Part shown: piece by piece, positions 28,400 through 38,492 of the stretch
Position numbering within the stretch: position 1 is the stretch's first letter
How the letters are laid out: each line of letters begins with the position of its first letter
From: a bacterium
Lineage (GTDB): Bacteria; UBA8248
Assembly: GCA_965213685.1 (NCBI GenBank)
Contig: CBDBZY010000029.1
Span: forward strand, 1-64,000
Length of the DNA stretch: 64,000 nucleotides
Reading direction: 5' to 3'
Made by a program: the position numbers and the translations under genes
The notes under the pieces: generated by a model
The model's input: only the letters and a program-made list of their open reading frames with translations
What the model was told of the DNA's origin: nothing
Databases searched by the model: none

Positions 28400-28642
28400 G
28401 TGAGAATCCGGCTCCAGCTGTTCGCCGATTTCGCGGAGAAGATGCCGCCCGGCCAGGATGCGGCCGGTGCCGCCGAAATCGTCCTCCCCGAGGGGGCGCG
28501 GGTCTCCGACGTGCTGGATCGCTTCGGGATACCCCATGAGGAGGCCTACATCGTCCTGCTCGACGGCCGGCACGCGAAAAAATCCGCCCCGATACCCGAG
28601 GGGGCGGAGCTCTGCGTCTTCCCGCCGATCGTGGGCGGATGA
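28400..28642 (+). CDS. MoaD/ThiS-family ubiquitin-like sulfur carrier protein
   Basis: 80 aa beta-grasp pattern MRIRLQLFA...VSDVLDRFGI...VFPPIVGG with C-terminal Gly-Gly; RBS GGAGGA. Confidence 0.88.
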   Translation: MRIRLQLFADFAEKMPPGQDAAGAAEIVLPEGARVSDVLDRFGIPHEEAYIVLLDGRHAKKSAPIPEGAELCVFPPIVGG

Positions 28643-28683
28643 CGGAGCGGCGGCGCGCCTGAAGAAAAACGCAGGAGGCGCCG

Positions 28684-29148
28684 CTACGGCGCGCCCTTCT
28701 CCTTTCTCTCCACCATGATGGTGACGTCGCCCTCGTGGATGACCTCCCTCCTCTGGTTCAGGAGGCGCAGGGCGAGGGTCACCAGCCCCTTCCCCTTGCT
28801 GGAGACGCGCCGCGACTTCACGACGACCTCGCCGGAAATCGTGTCGCCGAACAGAATCGGCCCGCGGAAGCGCCACTCCAGCCCCAGAAACGCCTCCACC
28901 GTCCCCTCGATGATGCCGAGCCGCGTCACCAGGCCCATCAGGAAGGAGAGGCCGAGCAGCCCGTGGGCCACCCGTTGCCCGAAGGGGGTTTGGGCCGCCC
29001 CCTCCGCGTCGGTGTGCAGATAGGTGTAATCGCCCGTCAGGGCGGAGAAGGCGTTGACGTCAGACTCGCCTACCGTGCGCGCGGCCGTCCGCCACGACCT
29101 GCCCTCCTCAAACTCCTCGTAGAACAGACCCGTTGTCACACGCTCCAC
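28684..29148 (-). CDS. MaoC-family (hot-dog fold) dehydratase
   Basis: FSALTGDYTYLHTD, FGQRVAHG and FRGPILFGDT motifs. Confidence 0.9.
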   Translation of the reverse strand: MERVTTGLFYEEFEEGRSWRTAARTVGESDVNAFSALTGDYTYLHTDAEGAAQTPFGQRVAHGLLGLSFLMGLVTRLGIIEGTVEAFLGLEWRFRGPILFGDTISGEVVVKSRRVSSKGKGLVTLALRLLNQRREVIHEGDVTIMVERKEKGAP

Positions 29149-29158
29149 GACACGCTCC

Positions 29159-30010
29159 TCAGCGCAAGAGAAAGCGGAAGGTGACCTCGCCCCACTGCTC
29201 GGCGTCCGCGCGCCCCCCGGGGGGAAGCGGACTGAAGCGCCAGCGCTTCAGGTGGTTCGAGGCCAGACCCTCCAGATGGGCGTTCGCCTTTTTGATGGGA
29301 ATCACGCGGCCGACGGCGCCGTCGGGCAGCACCCAGAATTTCAGGACGATCTCCGTCGTGCTATCGAGCCGATCCACCTCGGGGGGCGGGGGACGAAACA
29401 GGATTCTCCGCCTGGCCGCAGGCCCCGCGATGGCGGCGCGCCTCCTCCCCGGAGCGGGACGGGAGAGGTTCGCGCGCGACAGCTCCTCCAGGATTCTCCG
29501 ATCCGCACCGGCATCCGGGAACGACGCCTCCTCCCTCCCCCGCACCCCCGGCAAACCCCTGGACTCTTCCGCCTCGCCCTCCGGCAGGACGATCTCCCCA
29601 AGCCCTCCGCCCGGCTCCAGAACCTCTCCCGGGAGGATGACGCTCCCGGGCGCGAGCGTCGGCCGCGGCAGCTCGACGGCCGGGGGGGCGGGCAGCGGCT
29701 TGCTCGGGGGCAACTCTCCCCGCTCGGGGGGCGGAGGCGGCTGCTTCATGGGGAGATGCAAGTTCCGCCTGGCCGCCGTTTCCTCCGGCAGCAGGCGGCC
29801 CAAATCCAGCGGCTTCGGTAGCGGAACCGGCGGCAACGGCTTGGGGAGCAGGGCTTCGGGTATCGGCACCTCGCGGCGCACGAGATCGACCTCCATCCGT
29901 TCGGACTGGCCGGCGAATATCGGCGAGAGCCTGACGGCGGGACCCAGCAGGATGAGCCCCGCGTGGAGGGCGGCGGAGATCAACAGCATCATGATCAAGG
30001 AGAGGTTCAT
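29159..30010 (-). CDS. TonB/TolA-like energy transducer
   Basis: N-terminal TM helix with SAALH, Pro-rich spacer, TonB_C-like end (LKFWVLPDGAV...KRWRFSP...GEVTFRF). Confidence 0.82.
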   Translation of the reverse strand: MNLSLIMMLLISAALHAGLILLGPAVRLSPIFAGQSERMEVDLVRREVPIPEALLPKPLPPVPLPKPLDLGRLLPEETAARRNLHLPMKQPPPPPERGELPPSKPLPAPPAVELPRPTLAPGSVILPGEVLEPGGGLGEIVLPEGEAEESRGLPGVRGREEASFPDAGADRRILEELSRANLSRPAPGRRRAAIAGPAARRRILFRPPPPEVDRLDSTTEIVLKFWVLPDGAVGRVIPIKKANAHLEGLASNHLKRWRFSPLPPGGRADAEQWGEVTFRFLLR

Positions 30011-30035
30011 CGTTTTTGCGCCGTCCTTCCGTCGG

Positions 30036-30479
30036 CTATTTCGTCGGCTTGTTCGTCGTCGCCTTCTTCTTCTCCACCCGCCTGGCGGGCGCCGTCGCAA
30101 TCGACATGCGCAGCGCCCCCGCCTGCTTGGCGACGTCCATCACGCGCACCACCAGCCCGTGCGGCACGCCCCTGTCCGCCCGGATGATGATCATGCCCTC
30201 CCGCTGCACCTTCAGCTCCTCGATCAAGCGGCCCCAGAGCGCGGAGAAGGGCACCTGGTCGTTGTTCAGAAAAATCCGCTCGTCGCGGGCGATGATGAGG
30301 ATCAAATCCTTGCGCACCGGATGCTCCTGCGTGACCGTCCGGGGCAGATCCACCTTGAAGCCCGGCTGCAGGACGAACGAGGAGCTCAGGACGAAGAACA
30401 GGAGCAGCAGGAAGATGATGTCGATCATGGCGGTCATGCCGGGCTCGGCCTGCACGCGCCTCAGTTGCCGAAACCTCAT
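30036..30479 (-). CDS. exbD: ExbD/TolR family protein
   Basis: MTAMIDIIFLLLLFF (conserved Asp), VDLP, IIRADRGV and VMDVAKQAG motifs. Confidence 0.92.
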   Translation of the reverse strand: MRFRQLRRVQAEPGMTAMIDIIFLLLLFFVLSSSFVLQPGFKVDLPRTVTQEHPVRKDLILIIARDERIFLNNDQVPFSALWGRLIEELKVQREGMIIIRADRGVPHGLVVRVMDVAKQAGALRMSIATAPARRVEKKKATTNKPTK

Positions 30480-31084
30480 CGTTTCAGCGTCTCCACGACG
30501 CGGTAGGAGTGTTTTTCAATTTCCAGGATGAGGCGGTCCGCCTTGTTGGTGAAATAATTGTAGAAAATGAGCGTGGGTATCGCGATGACGAGGCCCGTCG
30601 CCGTGGTGATGAGGGCTTCGCTGATGCCGCCCGCCAGCTGGCTCGGGTGGGCGATTCCCTTCTCGCTGATGATGGCGAAGGTGCGAATCATGCCGAACAC
30701 GGTGCCCGTGAGGCCCAGCAGCGGCGATATCGCGGCGATGGTGCCCAGGGCGCCCAGATTCCTGTCGAGCGTGGACGCCTCCTGTCTGCCCGCCTCCTCC
30801 ACGACGGAGCGCAGCTCTTCGCGCGCCCTGTCATGATTCGCCATCGTCACGAGCAATATCCTCCCCATGACGGAGGGATAGCGCCGGCAGAGCGTCATGG
30901 CGTCGTTCATCTGGTTCTCCGCAGCCAGGTCCCTGACTTGCTGGAGAATGTCCAGCTGAATGATTTTTCTGGTGCGCAGATTCAGCGTCCGCTCCAGGAC
31001 GATGGCCAGGGCCAGGATGGAGCAAACGCCCAGGGGAATCATCAGCACCCCGCCTCGGGCCAAAAATTCAAACATGGAATACAC
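30476..31084 (-). CDS. exbB: MotA/TolQ/ExbB proton-channel protein (alternative start 31075)
   Basis: GGVLMIPL, PLLGLTGTVFGMIRTF and GISEALITTATGL motifs. Confidence 0.92.
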   Translation of the reverse strand: MYSMFEFLARGGVLMIPLGVCSILALAIVLERTLNLRTRKIIQLDILQQVRDLAAENQMNDAMTLCRRYPSVMGRILLVTMANHDRAREELRSVVEEAGRQEASTLDRNLGALGTIAAISPLLGLTGTVFGMIRTFAIISEKGIAHPSQLAGGISEALITTATGLVIAIPTLIFYNYFTNKADRLILEIEKHSYRVVETLKR

Positions 31085-31122
31085 ACCCCTCGCATGAACG
31101 GGAATTTCCGGTTGTCTCGTTC

Positions 31123-34100
31123 CTACTGTACACGACTTTTCATCTGTTGCGTAATCCGACGGATGGCGGTGCGCGCCTTTCGTCGAGACGCGGCGTCATC
31201 CGCCACCTTGGCCATCTTCTGGTACACCCGGAGGGCGATGGCGCGCTTGCCCGCCCTTTCGTAGATCGCCCCCGCGCGCGCCAGTGCGCGCGCCACCCAC
31301 GTCTTCTGCTTCGGATACCGATAGCCCAACTTCAGGTATTCCGCCGCCGCGCCCGGATCCCCGCGCTCGGAGAATATCCGCGCGCGCTCGAAGAGGGCCT
31401 CCGCCCGCCAGCGCCGGCGCGCCCCACTCGACGGCGACCGCCAGCGCGCGTTCGGCGGCGCGATATTTCCTTCGCCTCCGGTACGCCCCAGCCGCCAGGA
31501 GAGCGGCCTCGCTGCGCAGGTTCGCGCCGGCCGTGGATTGCGCTTTCATGACGGCCGCGAGATGGGGGAGTGCCGCGCCATACTCGGCCAGCCGAACCAG
31601 GCAGCGGCCCAGGACGAACCGCGCCAGCATTTCATAGTCATGGCCAGGGGCCGCCTCCAGGAACGCCGCGAGCCGCCGCTTCGCCTCCGCGCACCGGCCG
31701 ATGCCGGCCAGGGTCTCGCCGGAGCCAAACAGGGCGTCCGCCCGGAGACGGCCTTCGGGGTATCGGGTCAGCAACGTTTCATACGAATCGAGGGCCTTGT
31801 CGATGTCTTTTCTGTTGCGGTGGATGCCCGCGATTCGCAAGATGGCGTGGGCGGCCAGGTCGTGGTCCGGGTAGTGGGCGACGACGTCCCCATACGCTTT
31901 GAGCGCCCCCCCCAACTTCTTCTGCGCAAACAGCACCTCGCCAATTTGAAAGGCCAGGGAAACGCCCAGACTGCTCTCCGGGTATTTGTCGATATACTCG
32001 CGCGCACTTGAGAGGAAGTCCGCGTGCTCGCCAAGTTGAAGATGGCTGAGCAAACGGCCATAGACGGCTTCAGAGAGCTTCGGGTGGGAGGGATAGCGGT
32101 TCATCATGAGCCTGTACAAGCGATTCGCCTCCCTGTAGCGCCCCTCGTTGTAGGACGAATCGGCCGCGCGCAAATATCCCTCGCCCGCCAACGGGGAGTC
32201 CGGACGCTTCTCGAGGAAATCGAGAAGTTTCCTGCGCGCCCGGGAGTAGTCGCCCCTGCGAAACGGAACGAGCGCCAGAAGGTATTCCACCTCGGGCGCC
32301 GCCTCGCTTCGGGGGTAGTGCTCCAGAAACGCGCGAAAACTCCTCTCCGCCGCGTCAAAGCGATTTCGCCGGAACAACAGCTTCGCCTTCTGGTATAGCG
32401 CCTCCCTCGCAACGCCGCTGCCCCTGTATTTTTTCTCCACGCTTTCAAAGGACCGCAGGGCGCCTTCGTAGTCCCTGAGGTTGAAGCGGGCCTCGCCGGA
32501 GCGGGCGAGGGCCTCCGCCGCCAGGGCGCCGCGCGGCCCGGCCTCGAAGACGCGATCAAAGGCGAGGGCCGCCTCCTTCCAGTTCTTTTTCCGATATTGA
32601 ACCCACGCGCGCCCCCCCAGGGCGCGGTAGAACTCCGGAGCGTCCGCAGGAACCGCGCGGAACGCCCGTTCCGCCTCATCGAGCGCCCCCAGCTCGAAGG
32701 CCGCCTCCCCGTACCACAGAGCCGCCAGGGCGTCCCTGGAAATCGCGGCCTCTCCCTCCCGCAAGAAGGCCCAGTGCCTGAGCACGTCGCGGGCGCCGCC
32801 GAAATCCTTGAGCCGAAACGCGGCGAAGGCCGTCGCCATCGCAGCGGAACGGGCCGCGTCCCGCTCCGCCAGGCGGTGGGTGGAAACGGGCGGATGATCG
32901 GCCCCCAGACGAAGGATGCCGTAGGCGCGCTTGACCTTGTCGAGATGATACAGGGAGAGGCCCTCCACCACCCTCGCGACGCGATAGATTCTGCCGAGCG
33001 GAAACTCGTCGCTGACCCTTCCGGCCAGAACCGACGCCTCCCGGTAGGCGCCCATGCGGAACAGCTTCCAGGCCAGTTGCAGGCGCAGGGCGCCGGCGCG
33101 CGTCTTTTGGCGATGGGTGCGGGAGAACTCCAAAAGGCGCGTCCGCAATTTCCCCAGTCCCCCCCGGGATTTCGGGAGCGCTTCAATCTCGACGGAAAGC
33201 AAGCCCGCCTCGACGGACGCCCGGAGCGGATGCTTCGGGTGACGGCGCGCGAAAAGAGAAAAGGCGCGCTTCGCCTCCCCCGTTCGGCCCAGGAACAATC
33301 GCGTCCAGGCGATGCCGTAGAGCGCCTCCTCCAGCGGCGCGGAGCCGGCACCGCCCCCCTTGGAGCCGAGCGCCTCGGCCGCCGCATAGCGTTTCGCCGC
33401 CCGGGCATAGTCCCCTCTTTTCAGGTGCGTATGTCCGAGAACGACGAGTGCCCGAACCGCCAGGCGTCCCCGGACGTTCGCAAGACCCGTCCATGCGTCG
33501 AGCGCGGCATCGACGGAATCCGCCTGCGCCTGCGCCCAGCCCCTGAGGAAAATCGCCTCCTCATAGGCAAAATCTTTCCGGCTCCACGATTGGCCGTCCA
33601 ACAAATCGAGACACCCCCGGTAATCGCGCGCCTCGCAACGCTCTTGGGCCAGGGCGTAGCGCGCGGCCGCCACGTAGCGCGCGCCGGCGGTCAGAAGCAG
33701 GCGCAGCAAGCGCTTTCTTCGGGCCGTGGCCTCCCCGGCCCTTCCGAGCCGCAGCAGCGTCTCCCCCGCCCAGAACAGGGAGGCCGCGCGCCAGAAGTGG
33801 CGGCTTGTCGTTTTTGTCAGCCGATCCAGCAAGGAGAGGGCCTCCAGGGGGCTGTCTTGCCGGAGATACGCGAGCGCGGCGGCGAATTGTTCGCTCTCGT
33901 CAATAAAAATAAACTCATCCAACAAACCGCCGAGGAGACCCGCGCGGTTCTGTCCCGGTTCTTTCTCCGGCGGAATCGGGCGCGGAGGCAGGCGGACGGC
34001 CGGGATTTCCGGCTCCACAAAAACGGCGGGAAGGCGAACGCCCAGCCGCTTGGGCGGCAAGGGACGCACGCGCGAAGCGATGAGATGCTCGATGCTGGGC

Positions 34101-34261
34101 GATTCCACCACAATCTCGGGCAGCGAAGTCGAGAGTTGCGCCTCCCCGGCCGGGCCGCCCTCCTGTGCCCGCGCGGGATTCGCGTCCCACAGATGGCCAC
34201 AGAGGACGACCGCCGCACCCAGCAGTACCCACCGTGAATCACAGGCGGAAAATCGCATCAT
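31123..34261 (-). CDS. Large exported TPR-repeat protein (~1045 aa), interrupted by one extra base near 31404-31406
   Basis: Signal peptide (…PARAQ) and many BamD/CpoB-like repeats (YPxS.A..A). ORFs 31196..34261 and 31123..31329 join into one frame (ALAAEALFERARIFSERG) if one C is removed. Confidence 0.8.
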
Positions 34262-34274
34262 CCATCCCCTCTCC

Positions 34275-36993
34275 TCATCGAAGCAGCGGCTTGCGGTTTT
34301 TCATCCGGAACTCCCGCTCCTGGACCGAGGCCATGTAGGACTCGATCTGGCGGATTCTCGCCCGCGCCCGCCCGATCTCCTTTTTCACGCGGGCGGAAGC
34401 ATTCCCGTCTCCCAGCCCCGCGATGGCCTGATAATGGCGGATGGCCTTCCTCCACTCTCCGCGCGACTCGCGAATCGCCGCCGCCCGCCAGGTCGCCGCG
34501 CGCAGCCATGGGGCGCGTCCTGCCGCAGAACGCATCAACTCCTCGTAAAGCGCGAGGGCTTGCGCCCCCTCCCCGCTTCTCTCCAGCTGGATGGCGATTT
34601 GAAGCCGTGCGGGGCCGGAAATGTTCACGTCCTTTGAGCGGGAGGCGATCCGAAAAGCCGCCGACGCCGCCTCCGGCCTTTTTCTTCTCAGCTCCAGCCC
34701 GCCGAGGCGCAAGGCCGCCTCATCCGCCCGGATGTTCTGCGGAAATGTATCCAAAAAATAGGAGTAGGCCCCGGCAGCCTCCTCGACATCCCCCATGTTC
34801 TCGAACACTTCTCCCAACTCGAGGGCCGCCTCGGCGTCATCCGGAGCCAGGGCCAAAATATGGCGCAGCGCGCCCACGTATTTCTCCAAATCCTTCTCGC
34901 GCAGAAAACACGCCGCCCGCAGCCGGTACAGCCCCGCCTTCTCGTCGCTCGACGCCGCGAGCCGCAGCGCCCGCCCCGATACGCTGATGGCGCGCCCGCA
35001 CTCGTTTTGCCGAAACAGCGCAAACGCCCACAGCCTGAGCCCCTCCCCGGGGTCGGGGGGCGAGAGCGCGTCCCAAGCCGACAGCGCCGCATCCGCGCTC
35101 CGCCAGTCGCGCGAGGCGGCCGCGTCCCGCGCCAGCAAATACCAAACCGACCGCCTCCGGGAAGCGCTCACCTCCGCGTCGCCAGCCAGCGGCAGGAGAA
35201 ACGCCCGCGCCTGCGCCATGCGCCCCCCCGCACGATAGAGGTTGCCGATCTTGAGACGCGCCTCGCGCCGCCACTCTGCGGGGAGAGCGGGCAGCGCGTC
35301 CTGGAAGCGCTTCAGCGCCTCCTCGCGGTCTCCGCGCTTCTCCGCCACCTCGCCCAAACGGTACCGCGCCCGGGCGAGGAGCGCGGGGCGGCCTCCGCCG
35401 GAAACAACCCGGCGGAAATGCGCCTCCGCCTCATCCAGCGCCTCCGCCTTCCACGCGCATTCGGCTCTCAGGAAGGCGACTTCCGGGCGCAGGGGCCGGG
35501 GAACGTATTCTTCGGGAACCGCTTTCGCCAACCGGGTCGCCCGGGCGCAGTCTTTTTGCGCATTGTGGATGGACGCCGCCCGCAGGACGCCCTGATATAC
35601 GGCCCGCTCGAGGCCGGGCTCGATATGTTCTCCCGAGCGCCTCAGCTCCCGGAACGACGCGTGGACCTGCCGATACCGCCCCAGAAGCGCTTCGGGACGG
35701 CGGTTCGCGTCTTTCTCGAGGAGGGCGGCCAGGCGCAAACCCGACCACACCGCCTCGCGCGCGTTCGGGGCGCGGCGGATGACCTCGCGGTACTGGCCCA
35801 TCGCCTCTTTTTTCAGGCCCCGCGGCCAGCAGGCAGGCGGCCATCTGGAACCGGGCGGAGGGGGAAAGCGGCGCGCCCGCCTCGAGTGCGCCGAGTGCGA
35901 ACGCGAGGTGCTCCCTGCCGTCCTCTCGGCAATGACCCGCCTTTTGCACGCTCTGCAGCAAATAGGGGAGATGGGCGCCATCCTCCCGCGGATCGCGAAT
36001 CAACCGCCGATAGGCGCGCGCGGCGCGCGCGTATTCGCCCGCACCCCACCAGGAAGACGCCAAACCCCGCTCCGCCGCCAGACGCTGGGGCGGGGAAAGC
36101 TCCATTTTCAAAACGTCCTCAAACGCGGCGCCCGCCTTTCGGTATTTCTTTTGCGCCAGGAAACTCTCGGCCTGGCCCAGCCTCAGGTCGACGCGCTTTT
36201 GCTCCCCCGCGTATCGCTGGAATACGGACTGGAGCGTCCTCTCCGCCGCGGCGAACTTTTTCAGTCGCAATTGTATATTCGCCAGCCGAATCGCGAAGGC
36301 GCGGGCCCGCGGGTTTTGCGGGAACCGACGCACGACAAGCCGGTAGGCCGCCTCGGCCGCCTCGGCGCGCGGTATGCGGTCCAGGGCGACGGCGCGCTCC
36401 ACGAACGCATTTTCCACGCGCGGGTCTTTGGGGGGCGCGGCCCGGATGAACGCATCGAGTGCGGCGACCGCACCCGGCCAGTCGCGCGCCGCCAACCGGA
36501 GAGCGGCCATCCTGTAAGCCGCCTCTATCCGGTGCCTCCCGGACTGGACGAAGGAATAGGCGCGTATCGCCTCCTCCCTGCTCCCGCTCCTCTCCAGGAG
36601 CTCCCCGATGCGAAATCTGGCTTCATCGGCCCTCTCATACCCTGGATGCCGCCCCAGCAACGACCTGTACGCCGCTATCGCCTCTTTGGGGCGATTGTCG
36701 CGGCGCAGCGCCTCGGCGAGCAAATACCGCACGCGCGGCGCCTCGGCGCTCCTCCCCGCCTTCTGGAGATAGGCCCGGAACGCATCCGCCGCGGGCTCGA
36801 AAAATCCATCCCGATAGGCGTGGAGTCCGAACGCGAGATGGGAGCGCGCGCCCTCTTCCGTTTGCCCGCGCGCCGAGGGGAGGGGCAGGAGCACGAACCC
36901 CGCAAGAGCGAACGCCGCGAGGCAGAGGGCGCTGGGCCTCACCGCCAGGCTCCAGGGAGATGGAAAAGGGCGCCCAGCGGGCCTCCGCGCCAT
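34275..36993 (-). CDS. Large exported TPR-repeat protein (~905 aa), interrupted by one extra base near 35818-35821
   Basis: Signal peptide (…SARGQ) and TPR repeats in both ORF 35431..36993 and ORF 34275..35981; they join (CLLAAGLKKEAMGQY) if one C is removed. Confidence 0.8.
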
Positions 36994-37002
36994 CGACGGG
37001 CG

Positions 37003-37857
37003 CTAGGCATCGTCGCCAGGCTCCAGGGAGATGTTGTCGATCAGTCTGGTCCCGCCAACATGGGCCGCGATGGCCAGGCGGGCGGCCCCGCGGATTCTTT
37101 CCATTTTCGCGAGCGTCGCCGGATCGACGATTTCCACGTAATCCACCCTTGCGCCGGCTTTCCCCAATTCGTCCACGCACGCCTGCACGACATGCGCACA
37201 GAGCCGCTCTCCGGCCGCCACCATTTTTTTCGCACGAAACAGGGCGCCGCTGATGGCGCGGGCGCGGGCGCGCTCCTCCTCCGACAAATAGGCGTTCCTG
37301 CTGCTCAGGGCCAGGCCGTCGCGCTCGCGGATTATCGAACACGGGACAATCTCCACCCCGAGGTCCAGATCATGCGCCATCCGCCGGATCAAGACGAGTT
37401 GCTGGTAATCTTTCTCGCCGAAATACGCCCGATGGGGGAGACATGCGGAGAACAGTTTGAGCACGACGGTGGCCACGCCCCGGAAATGTCCCGGGCGATT
37501 GCGACCGCAAAGGCGCGCGCCCAGGCCGGGCGCCTCCACCCAGGTATCGTATCCCTCGGGATACATGGAGGCCGCCCCCGGCGCGTAGAGGGCGCAAACC
37601 CCCATCTCCCGACAAACCTGTCCGTCCCTCTCCAAGGCGCGCGGGTAGGTCTGATAATCCTCGCCAGGGGAGAACTGCGCCGGATTCACGAAAACGCTCA
37701 CGACGACGGCGCCGCACTCATCCCTCGCCCGGGAGATCAGGCTTCTGTGCCCCTCATGAAGCGCGCCCATCGTGGGCACCAGACCGAGCGGCGCCCTGTC
37801 CCGCCTGAGAGATTCCGCCAATGCGCGCATTTTTTGAGGCGTGTCGACGACTTTCAT
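37003..37857 (-). CDS. panC: Pantoate--beta-alanine ligase
   Basis: VPTMGALHEGH, SVFVNPAQF, RPGHFRGV, FGEKDYQQ, GLALSSRN and RLIDN motifs. Confidence 0.98.
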   Translation of the reverse strand: MKVVDTPQKMRALAESLRRDRAPLGLVPTMGALHEGHRSLISRARDECGAVVVSVFVNPAQFSPGEDYQTYPRALERDGQVCREMGVCALYAPGAASMYPEGYDTWVEAPGLGARLCGRNRPGHFRGVATVVLKLFSACLPHRAYFGEKDYQQLVLIRRMAHDLDLGVEIVPCSIIRERDGLALSSRNAYLSEEERARARAISGALFRAKKMVAAGERLCAHVVQACVDELGKAGARVDYVEIVDPATLAKMERIRGAARLAIAAHVGGTRLIDNISLEPGDDA

Positions 37858-37970
37858 CCCGCGTCTCTGGGGAAATGCACAACGGAAGCGAGCGGCGCGG
37901 AGGCATCATCTCAAATATGCGGGGGAAAAGACAAGCGCGCGAAAAAACACAGAGGCTCCGCCGCCGGGCG

Positions 37971-38492
37971 TCATGGCTTGGGGCCGCATTTCTCCCGCGG
38001 CAGTTTCTCCACCCAGGGGCCTCCCGGAGGGAGGGCGGCCAGCAGGCCGGAAGCGGATTGCCGGAGGAGGGGATGAACGAGGTCGGGCGCCACCTCCGCC
38101 AGGGGAGCGAGCACAAATCGCCTCTCGTGCAATCGCGGATGCGGCACTGCCAGCCCCCGCTCGCGGATGATCGCCTCTCCGTAGAAGAGCAGATCCAGAT
38201 CGATCACCCGAGGCCCCCAACGCTCCTTCCGCACACGTCCCATTCCTTCTTCCACGCGCAACAGGAGGGAGAGCAACGCCGAGGGATCCAGCCCGCATTC
38301 GAGCGCAAAAACGGAATTGACGAAGGGAGGCTGCGCGACGGGGCTCACCGGCTGCGTGCGGTAGAAAGAGGAGGAGCGCAGGAGCCTGACCCCCGGGCTT
38401 CTCTGTAGCGCATCCCGCGCGCGCCCTATCTGGCGGATCGGCTCGCCCAGGTTCGCGCCCGCCCCGACGAAAGCAGGCGCCCAGCGGGTCAA
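37971..38492 (-). CDS. folK: 2-amino-4-hydroxy-6-hydroxymethyldihydropteridine diphosphokinase
   Basis: TTG start overlaps the dapL stop; GANLG, SSFYRTQP, RWGPRVIDLDLL and PHPRLHERRFVLAPLAE motifs. Confidence 0.95.
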   Translation of the reverse strand: MTRWAPAFVGAGANLGEPIRQIGRARDALQRSPGVRLLRSSSFYRTQPVSPVAQPPFVNSVFALECGLDPSALLSLLLRVEEGMGRVRKERWGPRVIDLDLLFYGEAIIRERGLAVPHPRLHERRFVLAPLAEVAPDLVHPLLRQSASGLLAALPPGGPWVEKLPREKCGPKP

